Source: an uncultured Gammaproteobacteria bacterium | GTDB lineage: Bacteria > Pseudomonadota > Gammaproteobacteria > UBA9214 | NCBI GenBank assembly: GCA_963773065.1 | Contig: CAVYZN010000023.1 | Location: 64,001-128,000 of the forward strand | Direction of reading: 5' to 3' | DNA length: 64,000 nucleotides | Shown: positions 47,113-63,949 of the stretch, piece after piece | Position numbering within the stretch: position 1 is the stretch's first letter | Layout: every line of letters begins with the position of its first letter | The notes under the pieces: generated by a model | Seen by the model: the letters and a program-made list of their open reading frames with translations, nothing else | Database searches by the model: none | Told to the model about the DNA's origin: nothing | Position numbers and translations under genes: made by a program

Positions 47113-47400
47113 ATGAACACCTACGAACCTCACCCGATCGACACCTCCGGCGTCCGGCTACCGGAGGGCCTCATGGAACTCACCGAAGAACTCGCGCGCA
47201 GCACGCACGATCACTGGGCGAGACAGCGCATCGGGGAGGGATGGAGCTGGGGTCCCGCGCGCGATGACGCCGCCAAACGGCACCCCGACCTCGTGCCCTA
47301 TGCCGAGCTTTCGGAAGCGGAGAAGCAGTACGACCGCACGACCGCCATGGAAACGCTGAAGGCGATCATCGCCCTGGGATACCGGATCGAGCGCGATTAG
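47113..47400 (+). CDS. Stand-alone RyR (ryanodine receptor repeat) domain protein, 95 aa
   Basis: YEPHPIDTS.V.LP..L..L.E.LA...HD.WA..RI.EGW.WG..RDD..KRHPDLVPYAELSEAEKQYDR. Confidence 0.9.
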   Translation: MNTYEPHPIDTSGVRLPEGLMELTEELARSTHDHWARQRIGEGWSWGPARDDAAKRHPDLVPYAELSEAEKQYDRTTAMETLKAIIALGYRIERD

Positions 47401-47454
47401 CGCCGCAAAGGGCTGCGCCCCACGGACTCCCGAAACGGGGGAAAGCACAACGGG

Positions 47455-48675
47455 TCAATCCTCGATGTCCCTGGCAAGACGAAAACCAATGTAGCTGTAC
47501 CCGGCACCGGGGGAGTCCCTGAGCCGGGACGCGGAACGCAGGCCCACCGCCAGGAGGTACCAGGAACCACCGCGCACCACGCGCTGGCCGCAATCTCCGC
47601 CGCCGCCCTCCAACCAGGCGGAACCGTCATCGGGCGCGCCATCGTAGTTATCATGCACGCAGTCCTGCACCCACTCCCACACATTGCCCGCCGTGTCGTA
47701 AAGACCAAACGCGTTCGCCTCGAATGACCCTACCGGCGCCGTGTACTTCCCTTCGGCCTTGCCCTGCCACTCACTCTCACAATCCTCGCAGTTGGCCATC
47801 CCCGGCTTCATCTCCTCACCCCACCAGTACCGCGTCGAAGTCCCCGCCCGCGCGGCATACTCCCACTCGGCTTCGGTCGGGAGCCGATACGGCTTACCCG
47901 TCTGTTGCGACAGCCATTCGGCATAGGCTACCGCATCAACCCAGGAGACATTGATCACCGGCCGACGGTCACGACCCCAGCCACCATCGGCCGGCAGCGC
48001 ATGCCCCGTTGAGGCCGCAAACTGGTCGTATTCCTCGAAGGTCACTTCGTATCGCCCAATCGCAAACGGCCTGGTGAAAGTAACCCGGTGCTGGGGACGC
48101 TCATCCGGATCCCGGCCATATTCATCGCCTGGCGAACCCATCATGAAAGAACCCGGCGGAATTTCCACCATCTCGGGACCCTTCGAACCATCAAGCAATG
48201 TGTCGCGAATCACAGCCGGCAATGACACGTTGGCTACGTTTACGTTTTCGCTTGGTTCTTTGCTGATTTCAGTCGGCCGATGGGGTTGACCGACAATCTC
48301 GGCGATATCCTTCCTCAGGTTCCGATAAGAATCCTGGTTAACGGTGCCATCCCAATCGAACAATTCAAGCGTTTGCAACTCTTCGAACCGAAAGGGAAGA
48401 TCGACCGCCTCAATCTTGACCGGAACCAGTTTATTGTGATTCAGAGCGTAATACGCCTCGTCCTTCACATAAGTCGACTGGACCGAACGTTGCGACCACA
48501 GGACGATGACGCAGCGGGATGCCTTCATTGCCTGCTCGATCACATCATCGAAGTGTTCGCCCGCGTGGAGCTTCGGGTCCCACCAGACACTCCAGCCCTC
48601 GCGTTCCAGCGCATCCGCCAGGCATCTGGCGACGTGCTGTTCCTCCCGTTTGTAGCTGATAAAAATATCCGTCAT
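47455..48675 (-). CDS. TIR domain + FGE-sulfatase/CLec domain
   Basis: DIFISYKRE, GWSVWWD, VIVLWS..S..STYVKDEA; GPEMVEIPPGSFMMGS, YRLPTEAEWEYAARAG, GNVWEW, RGGSW, GFRLARD. Confidence 0.9.
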   Translation of the reverse strand: MTDIFISYKREEQHVARCLADALEREGWSVWWDPKLHAGEHFDDVIEQAMKASRCVIVLWSQRSVQSTYVKDEAYYALNHNKLVPVKIEAVDLPFRFEELQTLELFDWDGTVNQDSYRNLRKDIAEIVGQPHRPTEISKEPSENVNVANVSLPAVIRDTLLDGSKGPEMVEIPPGSFMMGSPGDEYGRDPDERPQHRVTFTRPFAIGRYEVTFEEYDQFAASTGHALPADGGWGRDRRPVINVSWVDAVAYAEWLSQQTGKPYRLPTEAEWEYAARAGTSTRYWWGEEMKPGMANCEDCESEWQGKAEGKYTAPVGSFEANAFGLYDTAGNVWEWVQDCVHDNYDGAPDDGSAWLEGGGGDCGQRVVRGGSWYLLAVGLRSASRLRDSPGAGYSYIGFRLARDIED

Positions 48676-48812
48676 GCTCGCGACTTGTTCCAGGTTTCGT
48701 ATGCCGGTGAAAAACGAGACGGGGCGTTCGGCCTGCGCCTACCCGCCCCGTCCCGCGCCGTCCGTGACAGGTCTATTAGGCGGCCCCATCCGTGCGGTCG
48801 GCAATGGCGGCT

Positions 48813-50147
48813 TCAGACGGCCGCGGCCACGGCCGTGGCCAGATGACCGGCCTCTTCGCGCACCGTCTGTTCGTCCTCGCCTTCGACCATGACCCGCACC
48901 ACGGGTTCGGTCCCGGACGCGCGCAACAGGACACGGCCCCTGCCGCTGAGCCGCCGCTCCGCCGACCGGACCGCCTCCTGCACGCCCGGCGCGGCCTCCA
49001 AGTTCATGCTCTTACCGACCGGTACGTTGATCATGTACTGCGGATATTTCTTCATGCCGGCCTTCAACTCGTGCAGCGGCTTGCCGCCCATGATCATGGT
49101 GGCGAGCACCTGCAGCGCGGCGACGATGCCGTCGCCGGTGGTGGTGCGGTCCAGGCAGATGATGTGGCCGGAGGATTCCCCGCCCAGCATGCCGCCGGTC
49201 TGCTGCAGCCGCTCCAGCACGTAGCGGTCGCCGACCCGGGCGCGCTCGAAGGCGATGCCGTGCGCCTGCAGGGCATGCTCCAGTCCGAGGTTGCTCATCA
49301 GGGTGCCGACGACGCTGCCGTTCAGCTTGCCCTGCTCCCGGCGCGAGCGCGCGATGATGAACAACAGCTCATCGCCGTCCACCAGTTCGCCGCGGCTGTC
49401 GACCATGATGACGCGGTCGCCGTCGCCATCGAGGGCAACCCCGGCATCGGCGGCGTGTTCCCGCACCGTTTTCTGCAACTGCTCGGGCTGGGTGGAACCG
49501 CAGTCGAGGTTGATGTTGAGGCCGTCGGGATGCGTGCCGACCTTGATCACCTCCGCGCCCAGTTCGTCGAAGATGCTGGGCGCGACGCCGTAGGTGGCGC
49601 CGTTCGCGCAGTCGACGACGATCTTCAGGCCCCGCAGCGACAGGCTCATCGGCACCGTGCTCTTGCAGAACTCGATATAGCGCCCGGGGGCATCGGGCAC
49701 GCGTTCCGCCTTGCCGAGCCGGGCGGAGTCCACGGTGACCATGGGCTTCTCCAGCTCGTCCTCGATGGCGAGTTCGATCTCGTCCGGCAGCTTGGTGCCC
49801 TGGCGCGAGAAGAACTTGATGCCGTTGTCGAAGTAGGGATTGTGCGAGGCGCTGATGACGATCCCGGCGCAGGCATGCAGGGTGCGCGTGAGATAGGCGA
49901 TGCCGGGGGTGGGCATGGGACCCAGCAGGCGGATGTCGATACCGGCGGCGGAAAGACCCGCCTCCAGCGCCGATTCGAACATGTAGCCGGAAATGCGCGT
50001 GTCCTTGCCGATGATGACCAGGTCGCCGCCGGCAAGCCCCAGCACGCGGCCGGTTGCCCAGCCCAGTTTCAGCATGAACTCGGCCGTTACCGGGTATTCC
50101 CCCACCCGACCGCGGATGCCGTCGGTACCGAAATATTTTTTCGCCAT
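48813..50147 (-). CDS. glmM: Phosphoglucosamine mutase
   Basis: [36 protein letters not shown]. Confidence 0.99.
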   Translation of the reverse strand: MAKKYFGTDGIRGRVGEYPVTAEFMLKLGWATGRVLGLAGGDLVIIGKDTRISGYMFESALEAGLSAAGIDIRLLGPMPTPGIAYLTRTLHACAGIVISASHNPYFDNGIKFFSRQGTKLPDEIELAIEDELEKPMVTVDSARLGKAERVPDAPGRYIEFCKSTVPMSLSLRGLKIVVDCANGATYGVAPSIFDELGAEVIKVGTHPDGLNINLDCGSTQPEQLQKTVREHAADAGVALDGDGDRVIMVDSRGELVDGDELLFIIARSRREQGKLNGSVVGTLMSNLGLEHALQAHGIAFERARVGDRYVLERLQQTGGMLGGESSGHIICLDRTTTGDGIVAALQVLATMIMGGKPLHELKAGMKKYPQYMINVPVGKSMNLEAAPGVQEAVRSAERRLSGRGRVLLRASGTEPVVRVMVEGEDEQTVREEAGHLATAVAAAV

Positions 50148-50188
50148 GCTGGCTCCTCAATGATGCCGCATCAGTCCAGATCGGAATT

Positions 50189-50403
50189 ATTCACCGCAAA
50201 GACGCAAAGTTCGCGAAGACTTATTAACAAAAATCATTAAACAGCTTTGCGTTCTTTGCGTCTTTGCGGTGAATTTATTTCTTTATGGATGGACATTGAT
50301 TCACCGCATTTTCGCTCTCTCCATCCTGTCCTGTATTACCGCTCAACACCGAAGTTGTTTTCAAGTGATTATTGGTTTTGCGGTCTTGGCGTCTTTGCGG
50401 TGA
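50189..50403. repeat. Two palindromic elements of the CACCGCAAAGACGC family between folP and glmM
   Basis: Arms 50189-50218 / 50245-50274; a degenerate pair 50299-50308 / 50377-50403; same family as 17976-18119. Confidence 0.8.
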
Positions 50404-50409
50404 GGCTCA

Positions 50410-51264
50410 TTAGCCGGCATCCCTGACCGCCTGACACAGCCGGATCGCCTCGCGAGTCTCGCGGACATCGTGGCAGCGCACGATCGCGGCGCCCTGCCAG
50501 ACCGCCAGCACCGCCAGGGCAACGCTGGGAGTTAACCGCTGATCGACGGGAAGGCCCAGCACCTGGCCGATCAGCGACTTGCGTGACAGACCGACCAGCA
50601 CGGGGTAGCCGTGCGCGACCAGGCGGTCGAGATGGCGCAGCAGCCGCAGGTTGTGCTCAACCGTCTTGCCGAATCCGAAGCCCGGGTCCAGCAGTATCCG
50701 GTGGCGCGGCACCCCGGCCGTGACACAGGCGCGCACGCGCTCCAGCAGAAAGCCGGCGACTTCGGCAACCACGTCCGCGTAGCGCGGCGCCTCCTGCATG
50801 GTTTGCGGCTCGCCCCGCATGTGCATCAGGCATACCGGCACGCCCAGATCCGCCGCCGCCGCGGCGGCGCCTTCCGCCCGCAGGGCATTGACGTCATTGA
50901 TCAGGCCGGCGCCCGCCGCCACCGCGGCGCGCATCACCTCCGGTTTCCGGGTATCGACCGATATGGGCACCGGCAGGGATCGATGCAGGGATTCGATGAC
51001 CGGCAGGACGCGCCGCAGTTCCTCATCCAGCGGGACCGGCGGGGCCCCCGGACGGGTGGACTCGCCGCCGACATCGATGATCGCCGCGCCCTCATCGACC
51101 ATGCGATGCGCCCGCTCGACGGCCCTCGCGGTGGATAAGAAATCACCCCCGTCCGAAAAGGAATCGGGGGTGACATTCAGGATGCCCATGATCTGCGGAT
51201 GCGAGAGGTCCACCGGCTTGCCCGCGCAGTCGAGCCAAATGGGGTCAGCGCCATCTCCCGCCAA
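50410..51264 (-). CDS. folP: Dihydropteroate synthase (start approximate)
   Basis: MGILNVTPDSFSDGG, DVGGESTRPG, LDPGFGFGK, SRKS. Confidence 0.98.
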   Translation of the reverse strand: MAGDGADPIWLDCAGKPVDLSHPQIMGILNVTPDSFSDGGDFLSTARAVERAHRMVDEGAAIIDVGGESTRPGAPPVPLDEELRRVLPVIESLHRSLPVPISVDTRKPEVMRAAVAAGAGLINDVNALRAEGAAAAAADLGVPVCLMHMRGEPQTMQEAPRYADVVAEVAGFLLERVRACVTAGVPRHRILLDPGFGFGKTVEHNLRLLRHLDRLVAHGYPVLVGLSRKSLIGQVLGLPVDQRLTPSVALAVLAVWQGAAIVRCHDVRETREAIRLCQAVRDAG

Positions 51265-51282
51265 GGGTATTCACCACCCGGT

Positions 51283-53220
<1,938 letters not shown>

Positions 53221-53303
53221 ACCGGATACCTCATCTTGTCAGTGGAGCGACTGCCTGCGTATTTCCACAATCAATGGACGGGTTAAAAAGTGCATCAACT
53301 ACA

Positions 53304-53936
53304 TTATGACACATTAGCCGGATTGCGGTGCTTTGCCAACACATACACCTCGCGGCTTTTGGGGCGCGAAGCCCTGGGCTTGCGTATCCTGACCGCATGG
53401 TAATGCGCGCGCAACGTCTTGACCAGTTCGTCAAACCCCTCGCCCTGGAAGGCCTTGAACAACAACACCCCGCTATCGCGCAGGACCCGGTCGGCAAAAT
53501 CCGCCGCCAGTTCCGCCAGGTAGATGCTGCCCGGCTGGTCCACCGCATCCATACCCGTGATATTGGGGGCCATGTCGGACATTACAAGGTCGACCCCGCC
53601 ACCGGTGAGCATCCCCAGCAGCCGTTCCAGCACCGTGTCTTCGCGAAAATCCCCCTGCAGAAATTCCACTCCGGATAACGGTTCCATCGGCAGGATGTCC
53701 ATGGCGATGATGCGGCCGGTGCCCTTGAGAAGCTGCGCGGCATACTGCGACCACCCGCCGGGCGATGCGCCCAGGTCGACGAGCGTCATGCCGGGCCTAA
53801 GAATACGGTCCTTGCGCTGGATTTCCTCGAGCTTGTACACGGCGCGCGAGCGGTAACCCTCGCGTTGCGCGCGCTTGACGAACTCGTCATCGAAATGCGA
53901 TTTGAGCCACTGGTGGCTGCTCTTGCTTCTGCCCAT
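53304..53936 (-). CDS. rlmE: 23S rRNA Um2552 methyltransferase
   Basis: GYRSRAVYKL, DLGASPGGWSQ, SDMAPN, KPRASR. Confidence 0.98.
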   Translation of the reverse strand: MGRSKSSHQWLKSHFDDEFVKRAQREGYRSRAVYKLEEIQRKDRILRPGMTLVDLGASPGGWSQYAAQLLKGTGRIIAMDILPMEPLSGVEFLQGDFREDTVLERLLGMLTGGGVDLVMSDMAPNITGMDAVDQPGSIYLAELAADFADRVLRDSGVLLFKAFQGEGFDELVKTLRAHYHAVRIRKPRASRPKSREVYVLAKHRNPANVS

Positions 53937-53952
53937 GTTCCTGAACCTGTTA

Positions 53953-54409
53953 TCAATCGATCCGGGCATCCCCATCCCTGCGCCCGACCGCCACCAGGAG
54001 CAGGCCAAGCACACAGTTGACGAGATACACCCCGCTCGCCAGGCCGTGCGCCTGGGCAAAACGGGCGCTTTCCGTCAGTCCCGCGGCACGCAGTTCCGCG
54101 ATCCACGGGGCGAGGACGAATTCTCCGAGCAGGATCAGGGCCAGCATCGCCACGATCACGATCGCACGCCAGGCGCGGGAAGCGCCGCTGCCGGCGCAGG
54201 TACCCGTTGATCGCCAGCAGGCCGCAGCCGCAGGCAAGCCCCGCATAGCTCATCACGCCGAAGAGGGCCCCGGCCAGGGTACCCGCCAGCGCCCGGTCCT
54301 CCAGTTGCGAAAACAGGAGCGGCGCCACGACGAACCCGGCCGTCCACAGGCCGCCGACCCAGAAGGTCAGGAGCGTGCGTTCCACCGCCTGCAGGTAGGG
54401 ATTGGTCAT
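53953..54409 (-). CDS. DUF4149-like membrane protein (apparent frameshift)
   Basis: LLTFWVGGLW..GFVVAPLLF, FAQAHGLAS in the second frame; position next to greA/rlmE. Confidence 0.7.
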
Positions 54410-54622
54410 GGATCAGAACTCCTGGAATTCGGTTCAGCGCGTCGTTACAAGCCGCGGCGCAACGCGTTTAACAGGTTTTGTGGCAAGAATAGCGTGGGAC
54501 TTGCCGTAAATCCGTTCTAGGTACACTGCATCCATGCGTCGATGACCGCCTAGCCGTTCCGACATCCCTGGTAGTCGTGCAGCTCTGTAGCGGTGAGAAC
54601 AGGTTTACAGGGACGGCCACTT

Positions 54623-55095
54623 TTAGATGTAACGGACCTCGACGATCTCCAGGCTGCGCGCGCCGCCCGGGACCGTGACCGTAACGACATCGCCTTCCAT
54701 CTTGGCGATGAGCGCCCGCGCAATCGGGGAATTGATCGAAATCTTGCCGGCCTTGATATCGGCCTCGTCCTCGCCGACGATCTGGTAGGTCACGGACTCG
54801 CCCGTGTCCTCGTCCGCCAGCACCACCGTACTGCCGAACACGACCTTGCCGCCGGCATTCAAGGTGGTGACGTCGACGATATGGGCATGGCTCAGCTTGC
54901 CCTCGATCTCCTTGATGCGTCCCTCGGTAAAACTTTGCTGTTCGCGGGCGGCATGGTATTCGGCATTTTCCTTCAGATCGCCATGCGCGCGCGCCTCCGC
55001 GATGGCCTGGATGATGCGGGGGCGATCGAGCGTCTTCAACCTGAGCAGCTCCTCGCGCAATTTTTCCGCGCCTTTTGCCGTAATGGGGACCTTGG

Positions 55096-55099
<4 letters not shown>
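54623..55099 (-). CDS. greA: Transcription elongation factor GreA
   Basis: [25 protein letters not shown]. Confidence 0.99.
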
Positions 55100-58317
<3,218 letters not shown>

Positions 58318-58327
58318 GGGAATTCCG

Positions 58328-59515
58328 TCAGTGGCGCGATTTGCCGCCCGCCGCGCTCCCGACGATACCGCCGGCGGCGGCGACATACTGCCTGATCTGT
58401 TCGATGAAACGGTCGAACAGCGGCGCCACATCATGCGGCCCGGGACTCGCCTCCGGATGACCCTGGAAACAGAATGCCGGGCAGTCCGTGCGCGCGAGGC
58501 CCTGCAGGGAACCGTCGAACAGGGAGCGGTGGGTGGCCACCAGGCAATCCGGCAGGCTGCTCTCATCGACGGCGAAGCCGTGGTTCTGGCTGGTGATCAT
58601 GACCCGCCCGCTCTCGAGGTCCTGCACCGGATGATTGGCCCCGTGATGGCCGAATTTCATCTTGACGGTCCGCGCCCCGCTCGCCAGCGCGAGCAACTGG
58701 TGCCCCAGGCAGATGCCGAACACCGGGATACCGGTCTTGAGCAGTTGCCGGATGGCCGCGATCGCATAATCACAGGGCTCCGGATCGCCCGGTCCATTGG
58801 AGAGAAAAACGCCGTCGGGCCGCATCGCCAGCACCGCATCGGCCGTGGTCCTGGCGGGCACCACGGTAATCCGGCAGCCGCGCGCGGCGAGCATGCGCAG
58901 GATGTTGCGCTTGACGCCATAATCGTAGGCCACCACGTGATAGGGATACGCCGTCGCGGCATGGATCGCGGGCAGGCCCTGGTCCAGTGACCAGAGTCCC
59001 TGGCGCCAGTCATAGGCATTGGCGGTGCTCACGACCTGCGCGAGATCCATCCCCACCAGGCCGGGAAACTCCCGGGCCATGGCGATCGCTTCGGCCGTGT
59101 CGATATCCTCGCCGGCGACCAGGCAGCCGTTCTGGGCGCCCTTCTCGCGCAGCAGGCGCGTGAGGCGCCGGGTGTCGATATCGGCGATGCCGATGACACC
59201 GCGCTGCCGGAGGTAGGCGTCGAGGGTCAGGCAACTGCGCCAGTTACTGGCGCGCGCGGGCAGATCGCGGATCACCAGTCCGGCACAGTGGATCGATCCG
59301 GCTTCTTCATCCGCGGCGTTGGTGCCGACATTGCCGATGTGCGGGTAAGTCAGGGTGACGATCTGGCGGGCATAGGAAGGGTCGGTAAGAATCTCCTGAT
59401 AACCCGTCATGGCGGTGTTGAATACCACTTCACCGGCAATCCGCCCCTCGATACCGATCGATGCACCCCGAAACAGGCTGCCGTCTTCCAGGGCCAATAG
59501 GGCCGGTTTCCTCAA
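58328..59515 (-). CDS. carA: Carbamoyl-phosphate synthase small subunit
   Basis: [34 protein letters not shown]; TTG start after GGAGG. Confidence 0.98.
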   Translation of the reverse strand: MRKPALLALEDGSLFRGASIGIEGRIAGEVVFNTAMTGYQEILTDPSYARQIVTLTYPHIGNVGTNAADEEAGSIHCAGLVIRDLPARASNWRSCLTLDAYLRQRGVIGIADIDTRRLTRLLREKGAQNGCLVAGEDIDTAEAIAMAREFPGLVGMDLAQVVSTANAYDWRQGLWSLDQGLPAIHAATAYPYHVVAYDYGVKRNILRMLAARGCRITVVPARTTADAVLAMRPDGVFLSNGPGDPEPCDYAIAAIRQLLKTGIPVFGICLGHQLLALASGARTVKMKFGHHGANHPVQDLESGRVMITSQNHGFAVDESSLPDCLVATHRSLFDGSLQGLARTDCPAFCFQGHPEASPGPHDVAPLFDRFIEQIRQYVAAAGGIVGSAAGGKSRH

Positions 59516-59537
59516 GAAAACCTCCGCGTCTGGACGT

Positions 59538-59574
59538 AGAAAACGGGAGGGTTCCCGCGGAACCATCCCGTCTC
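59538..59574 (-). promoter_or_regulatory. Strong hairpin in the carA leader (possible attenuator/terminator)
   Basis: Minus strand ACGGGATGGTTCC-GCG-GGAACCCTCCCGT-TTT just upstream of the RBS. Confidence 0.5.
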
Positions 59575-59641
59575 TTGAAACTGATGTGAACTGCTCGCTA
59601 GCGTGCTGCGAATTGTACTGGATTGTCAACGGGGCTGTCTA

Positions 59642-60505
<864 letters not shown>

Positions 60506-61642
60506 CTACATCTTCATGCCATCGAAGAACTTCTTCACGCCATCCAGCCAGGAATGGGTCTGCGGGCTGTGCCGGCTGCCGCCCTCGTCCATTTCGCCGG
60601 CAAACTCCTGCAGCATCTCCTTCTGCTTGCGGCTCAGATTCACCGGGGTCTCGATAGTCACCTTGCAGATCAGGTCGCCGACCGGCCCGCCCCGCACCGG
60701 CTTTACCCCCTTGCCGCGGATACGGAACATCCTGCCGGTCTGGGTCTCCGGCGGGATCTTGAGATTCACGCGCCCATCGAGCGTGGGCACCTCCAGTTCA
60801 CCGCCGAGCGCCGCCGTGACGAAACCGATCGGCACCTCGCAGTAGAGGTTGTTCTCTTCGCGCACGAAGATGGGATGCTGCCTGACCTGGATCTGGACGT
60901 AGAGATCGCCGGGCGGACCACCGCTCTCACCGGCCTCGCCTTCACCGGCCAGGCGTATCCGGTCCCCGGTATCGACGCCGGCCGGGACCTTCACCGACAG
61001 GGTCTTGCGCTCCTCGACGCGACCCTGGCCATGGCACTTCTGGCACGGGTCGGAAATGAGGGTGCCCTTGCCATGACAGCGCGGACAGGTCTGTTGCAGT
61101 GAAAAAAAGCCCTGCTGCATGCGGACCTGCCCGTGGCCTCCGCAGGTAGCGCAGGTCGTCGGAGTGCTGCCCTTGCGCGCCCCGCTGCCGCCGCACTCAT
61201 CACAGGCCACCCGGGTCGGTACGCGGATCTTGACGCTGGTGCCGGCCACCGCGTCCTCCAGCGACAGGTCAAGGTTGTAGCGCAAGTCGGAACCGCGGTA
61301 AACCCGCTGCCCGCCGGCGCCGCCGCGTCCGGCGCCGAAGATGTCGCCGAACACGTCACCGAAGATGTCACTGAAACTCGCCCCCGCGCCCGCCGATCCG
61401 CCACCGCCCATGGAGGGGTCCACGCCGGCATGGCCGAACTGGTCGTAGGCGGCGCGTTTGCGGGAATCGCTGAGCACCTCGTAGGCTTCCTTGCACTCCT
61501 TGAATTTGTTCTCCGCCCCCTTGTCGTCCGGATTGCGGTCCGGATGGTGTTTCTGCGCGGCGCGGCGATAGGCCTTCTTCAGTTCGGCTTCACTGGCGTT
61601 TTTGGAAACACCGAGGACTTCGTAGTAATCACGTTTTGACAT
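60506..61642 (-). CDS. dnaJ: Chaperone DnaJ
   Basis: J domain HPD, G/F region, four CxxCxGxG. Confidence 0.99.
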   Translation of the reverse strand: MSKRDYYEVLGVSKNASEAELKKAYRRAAQKHHPDRNPDDKGAENKFKECKEAYEVLSDSRKRAAYDQFGHAGVDPSMGGGGSAGAGASFSDIFGDVFGDIFGAGRGGAGGQRVYRGSDLRYNLDLSLEDAVAGTSVKIRVPTRVACDECGGSGARKGSTPTTCATCGGHGQVRMQQGFFSLQQTCPRCHGKGTLISDPCQKCHGQGRVEERKTLSVKVPAGVDTGDRIRLAGEGEAGESGGPPGDLYVQIQVRQHPIFVREENNLYCEVPIGFVTAALGGELEVPTLDGRVNLKIPPETQTGRMFRIRGKGVKPVRGGPVGDLICKVTIETPVNLSRKQKEMLQEFAGEMDEGGSRHSPQTHSWLDGVKKFFDGMKM

Positions 61643-61910
61643 AAGGTCGGCAGTTAGTCTGGTTGCAGCCCGGATTGTTTACCGCAAAGAGGCAAGGTGC
61701 ATCATGCCGCCGTAAAGTGCGGCAGGTCTTACCGGAAATTTCGACCGGGAATCCTCTCGGCATCCGTCAATCCGCCCTCAACCCCGCGTCCTGTCCAGTG
61801 ACGCGGCTGCTCGTCTGCATTCGGCCTCGTGGACACGCCATCCACGACGAATGTCCGCCACCGGCACAAGCCGATGGCGGAGCTGGCGTCCGCGCACGTC
61901 AATCACACCG

Positions 61911-63854
61911 TCATTTGCGGCCGGCGTCTTTCACCTCTTCAAACTCCGCATCGACGACATCACCCTCCGCCCCGGCGCCAGCCTCGCCGGCCGCGCCACC
62001 CGCGGCGCCGGTACCCGCGGCTCCCTGCCCGGCCTGCTGCTCCTTGTAAACACGCTCGGCGAGTTTTCCGGATTTCTCACCCAGTTCACTGGTGCGTGCC
62101 TCGATGGCGCCCTTGTCGTCACCCTTCATGGCTTGCTGCAAGGCTTCGATGGCCGCCTTGATCTCCTTCTTCTCGGACTCGGTCACCTTCTCGCCAAGGT
62201 CCTTGAGCGACTTGTTGGTGGCATGGATTAGTCCATCCGCATGGTTGCGCGCATCGATCAGCTCATGGAACCTGCGGTCTTCCTCGGCATGCGCCTCGGC
62301 GTCCTTGACCATCTGATCGATTTCCGCATCCGACAATCCGCTCGAGGCCTTGATCTGGATCGACTGCTGCTTGCCGGTCGCCTTGTCCTTCGCCGAAACG
62401 TGCAGGATGCCGTTGGCGTCGATATCGAAGGTCACCTCGATCTGCGGCACGCCGCGCGGGGCCGTCGGGATATCGCTCAGATCGAACCGCCCCAGCGACT
62501 TGTTCGCGGAAGCCACGTCGCGTTCACCCTGCAGCACATGCACGGTAACCGCCGTCTGGTTGTCGTCCGCCGTCGAGAAGACCTGGTTAGCCTTGGTCGG
62601 GATGGTGGTGTTCTTTTCGATCAGTTTGGTCATCACCCCGCCCAGCGTCTCGATGCCGAGCGAGAGCGGCGTCACGTCGAGCAGCAGCACGTCCTTGACA
62701 TGGCCCGACAGTACGCCGCCCTGGATCGCCGCACCGACCGCCACGGCCTCGTCGGGATTGACGTCCTTGCGCGGCTCCTTGCCGAAGAAATTCCTGACCA
62801 CCTCCTGCACCTTGGGCATGCGGGTCTGGCCGCCCACCAGGATGATGTCATCGATCTGGCTGGTCGACATCCCGGCATCCTTGAGGGCGATCTTGCACGG
62901 CTCGATGGTCCGGTCGATCAGGTCCTCGACCAGGGCTTCGAGCTTGGCGCGGGTAAGCTTCATGTTGAGGTGCTTGGGCCCGCTGGCATCCGCGGTGATA
63001 TACGGCAGGTTCACGTCGGTCTGCTGGCTTGAGGACAGCTCGATCTTGGCCTTTTCGGCCCCTTCCTTGAGTCGCTGCATGGCAAGCGGGTCACCGCGCA
63101 GATCGATACCCTGATCCTTCTTGAACTCGTCCGCGAGGTAGTCGATCAGCCGCTTGTCGAAATCTTCACCGCCGAGGAAGGTATCGCCGTTGGTGGATAG
63201 CACTTCGAACTGGTGTTCGCCATCCACATCGGCGATCTCGATGATGGAGATATCGAAGGTGCCGCCGCCGAGATCGTACACGGCGATCTTGGAGTCGCCG
63301 CGCTTCTTGTCCATCCCATAGGCGAGCGCCGCCGCCGTCGGTTCGTTGATGATGCGTTTCACCTCCAGGCCGGCGATGCGTCCGGCATCCTTGGTGGCCT
63401 GACGCTGCGAGTCGTTGAAATAGGCCGGCACCGTGATGACCGCCTCGGTCACCTTCTCGCCCAGGTAATCCTCCGCCGTGCTCTTCATCTTCTGCAGCAC
63501 ACGGGCGGAGATTTCCGGCGGCGACATGCGCTTGCCGCCCGCTTCAACCCAGGCATCGCCGTTGTCCGCCTTGACGATCTTGTACGGCACCAGCTTGATG
63601 TCACGCTGGACGACGTCTTCCTGGAAGCGGCGGCCGATCAGGCGCTTGATCGCATTGAGGGTGTTGCGCGGGTTGGTGACCGCCTGGCGCTTCGCGGACT
63701 GACCCACCAGGATTTCATCATTGCCGGTGAAGGCCACGATGGAAGGCGTGGTGCGGTCCCCCTCGCTGTTTTCAATGACCCGCGGTTTACCCCCCTCCAT
63801 GATGGCCACACAGGAATTGGTGGTGCCCAGGTCAATGCCGATAATCTTTGCCAT
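61911..63854 (-). CDS. dnaK: Chaperone DnaK
   Basis: [34 protein letters not shown]. Confidence 0.99.
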   Translation of the reverse strand: MAKIIGIDLGTTNSCVAIMEGGKPRVIENSEGDRTTPSIVAFTGNDEILVGQSAKRQAVTNPRNTLNAIKRLIGRRFQEDVVQRDIKLVPYKIVKADNGDAWVEAGGKRMSPPEISARVLQKMKSTAEDYLGEKVTEAVITVPAYFNDSQRQATKDAGRIAGLEVKRIINEPTAAALAYGMDKKRGDSKIAVYDLGGGTFDISIIEIADVDGEHQFEVLSTNGDTFLGGEDFDKRLIDYLADEFKKDQGIDLRGDPLAMQRLKEGAEKAKIELSSSQQTDVNLPYITADASGPKHLNMKLTRAKLEALVEDLIDRTIEPCKIALKDAGMSTSQIDDIILVGGQTRMPKVQEVVRNFFGKEPRKDVNPDEAVAVGAAIQGGVLSGHVKDVLLLDVTPLSLGIETLGGVMTKLIEKNTTIPTKANQVFSTADDNQTAVTVHVLQGERDVASANKSLGRFDLSDIPTAPRGVPQIEVTFDIDANGILHVSAKDKATGKQQSIQIKASSGLSDAEIDQMVKDAEAHAEEDRRFHELIDARNHADGLIHATNKSLKDLGEKVTESEKKEIKAAIEALQQAMKGDDKGAIEARTSELGEKSGKLAERVYKEQQAGQGAAGTGAAGGAAGEAGAGAEGDVVDAEFEEVKDAGRK

Positions 63855-63920
63855 TTTTTCAAGTCTCCATGTAACTTCATGAATAATCGGATGATGCATC
63901 CAGACTGCCGCTACCCTCCT

Positions 63921-63949
63921 ACATGGGGACGGCAGGCAAATAAATCAAG
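63921..63949 (-). promoter_or_regulatory. sigma32 heat-shock promoter of dnaK
   Basis: Minus strand CTTGATT-N14-CCCCATGT. Confidence 0.75.

Noticed and set aside
44800-48200. Formylglycine-generating enzyme activity for the FGE-sulfatase domains
   Set aside because: The catalytic Cys pair after RGGS is absent, and fusion to TIR/STAND points to a ligand-binding CLec role.
34560-48800. Complete DGR (RT, avd, template repeat) inside island A
   Set aside because: No reverse-transcriptase motifs and no AAC-rich template copy found. Only target-like ends are present.
54492-54620. MITE-like element downstream of greA
   Set aside because: Arms match only loosely. Probably a degenerate repeat, with boundaries too uncertain to annotate.
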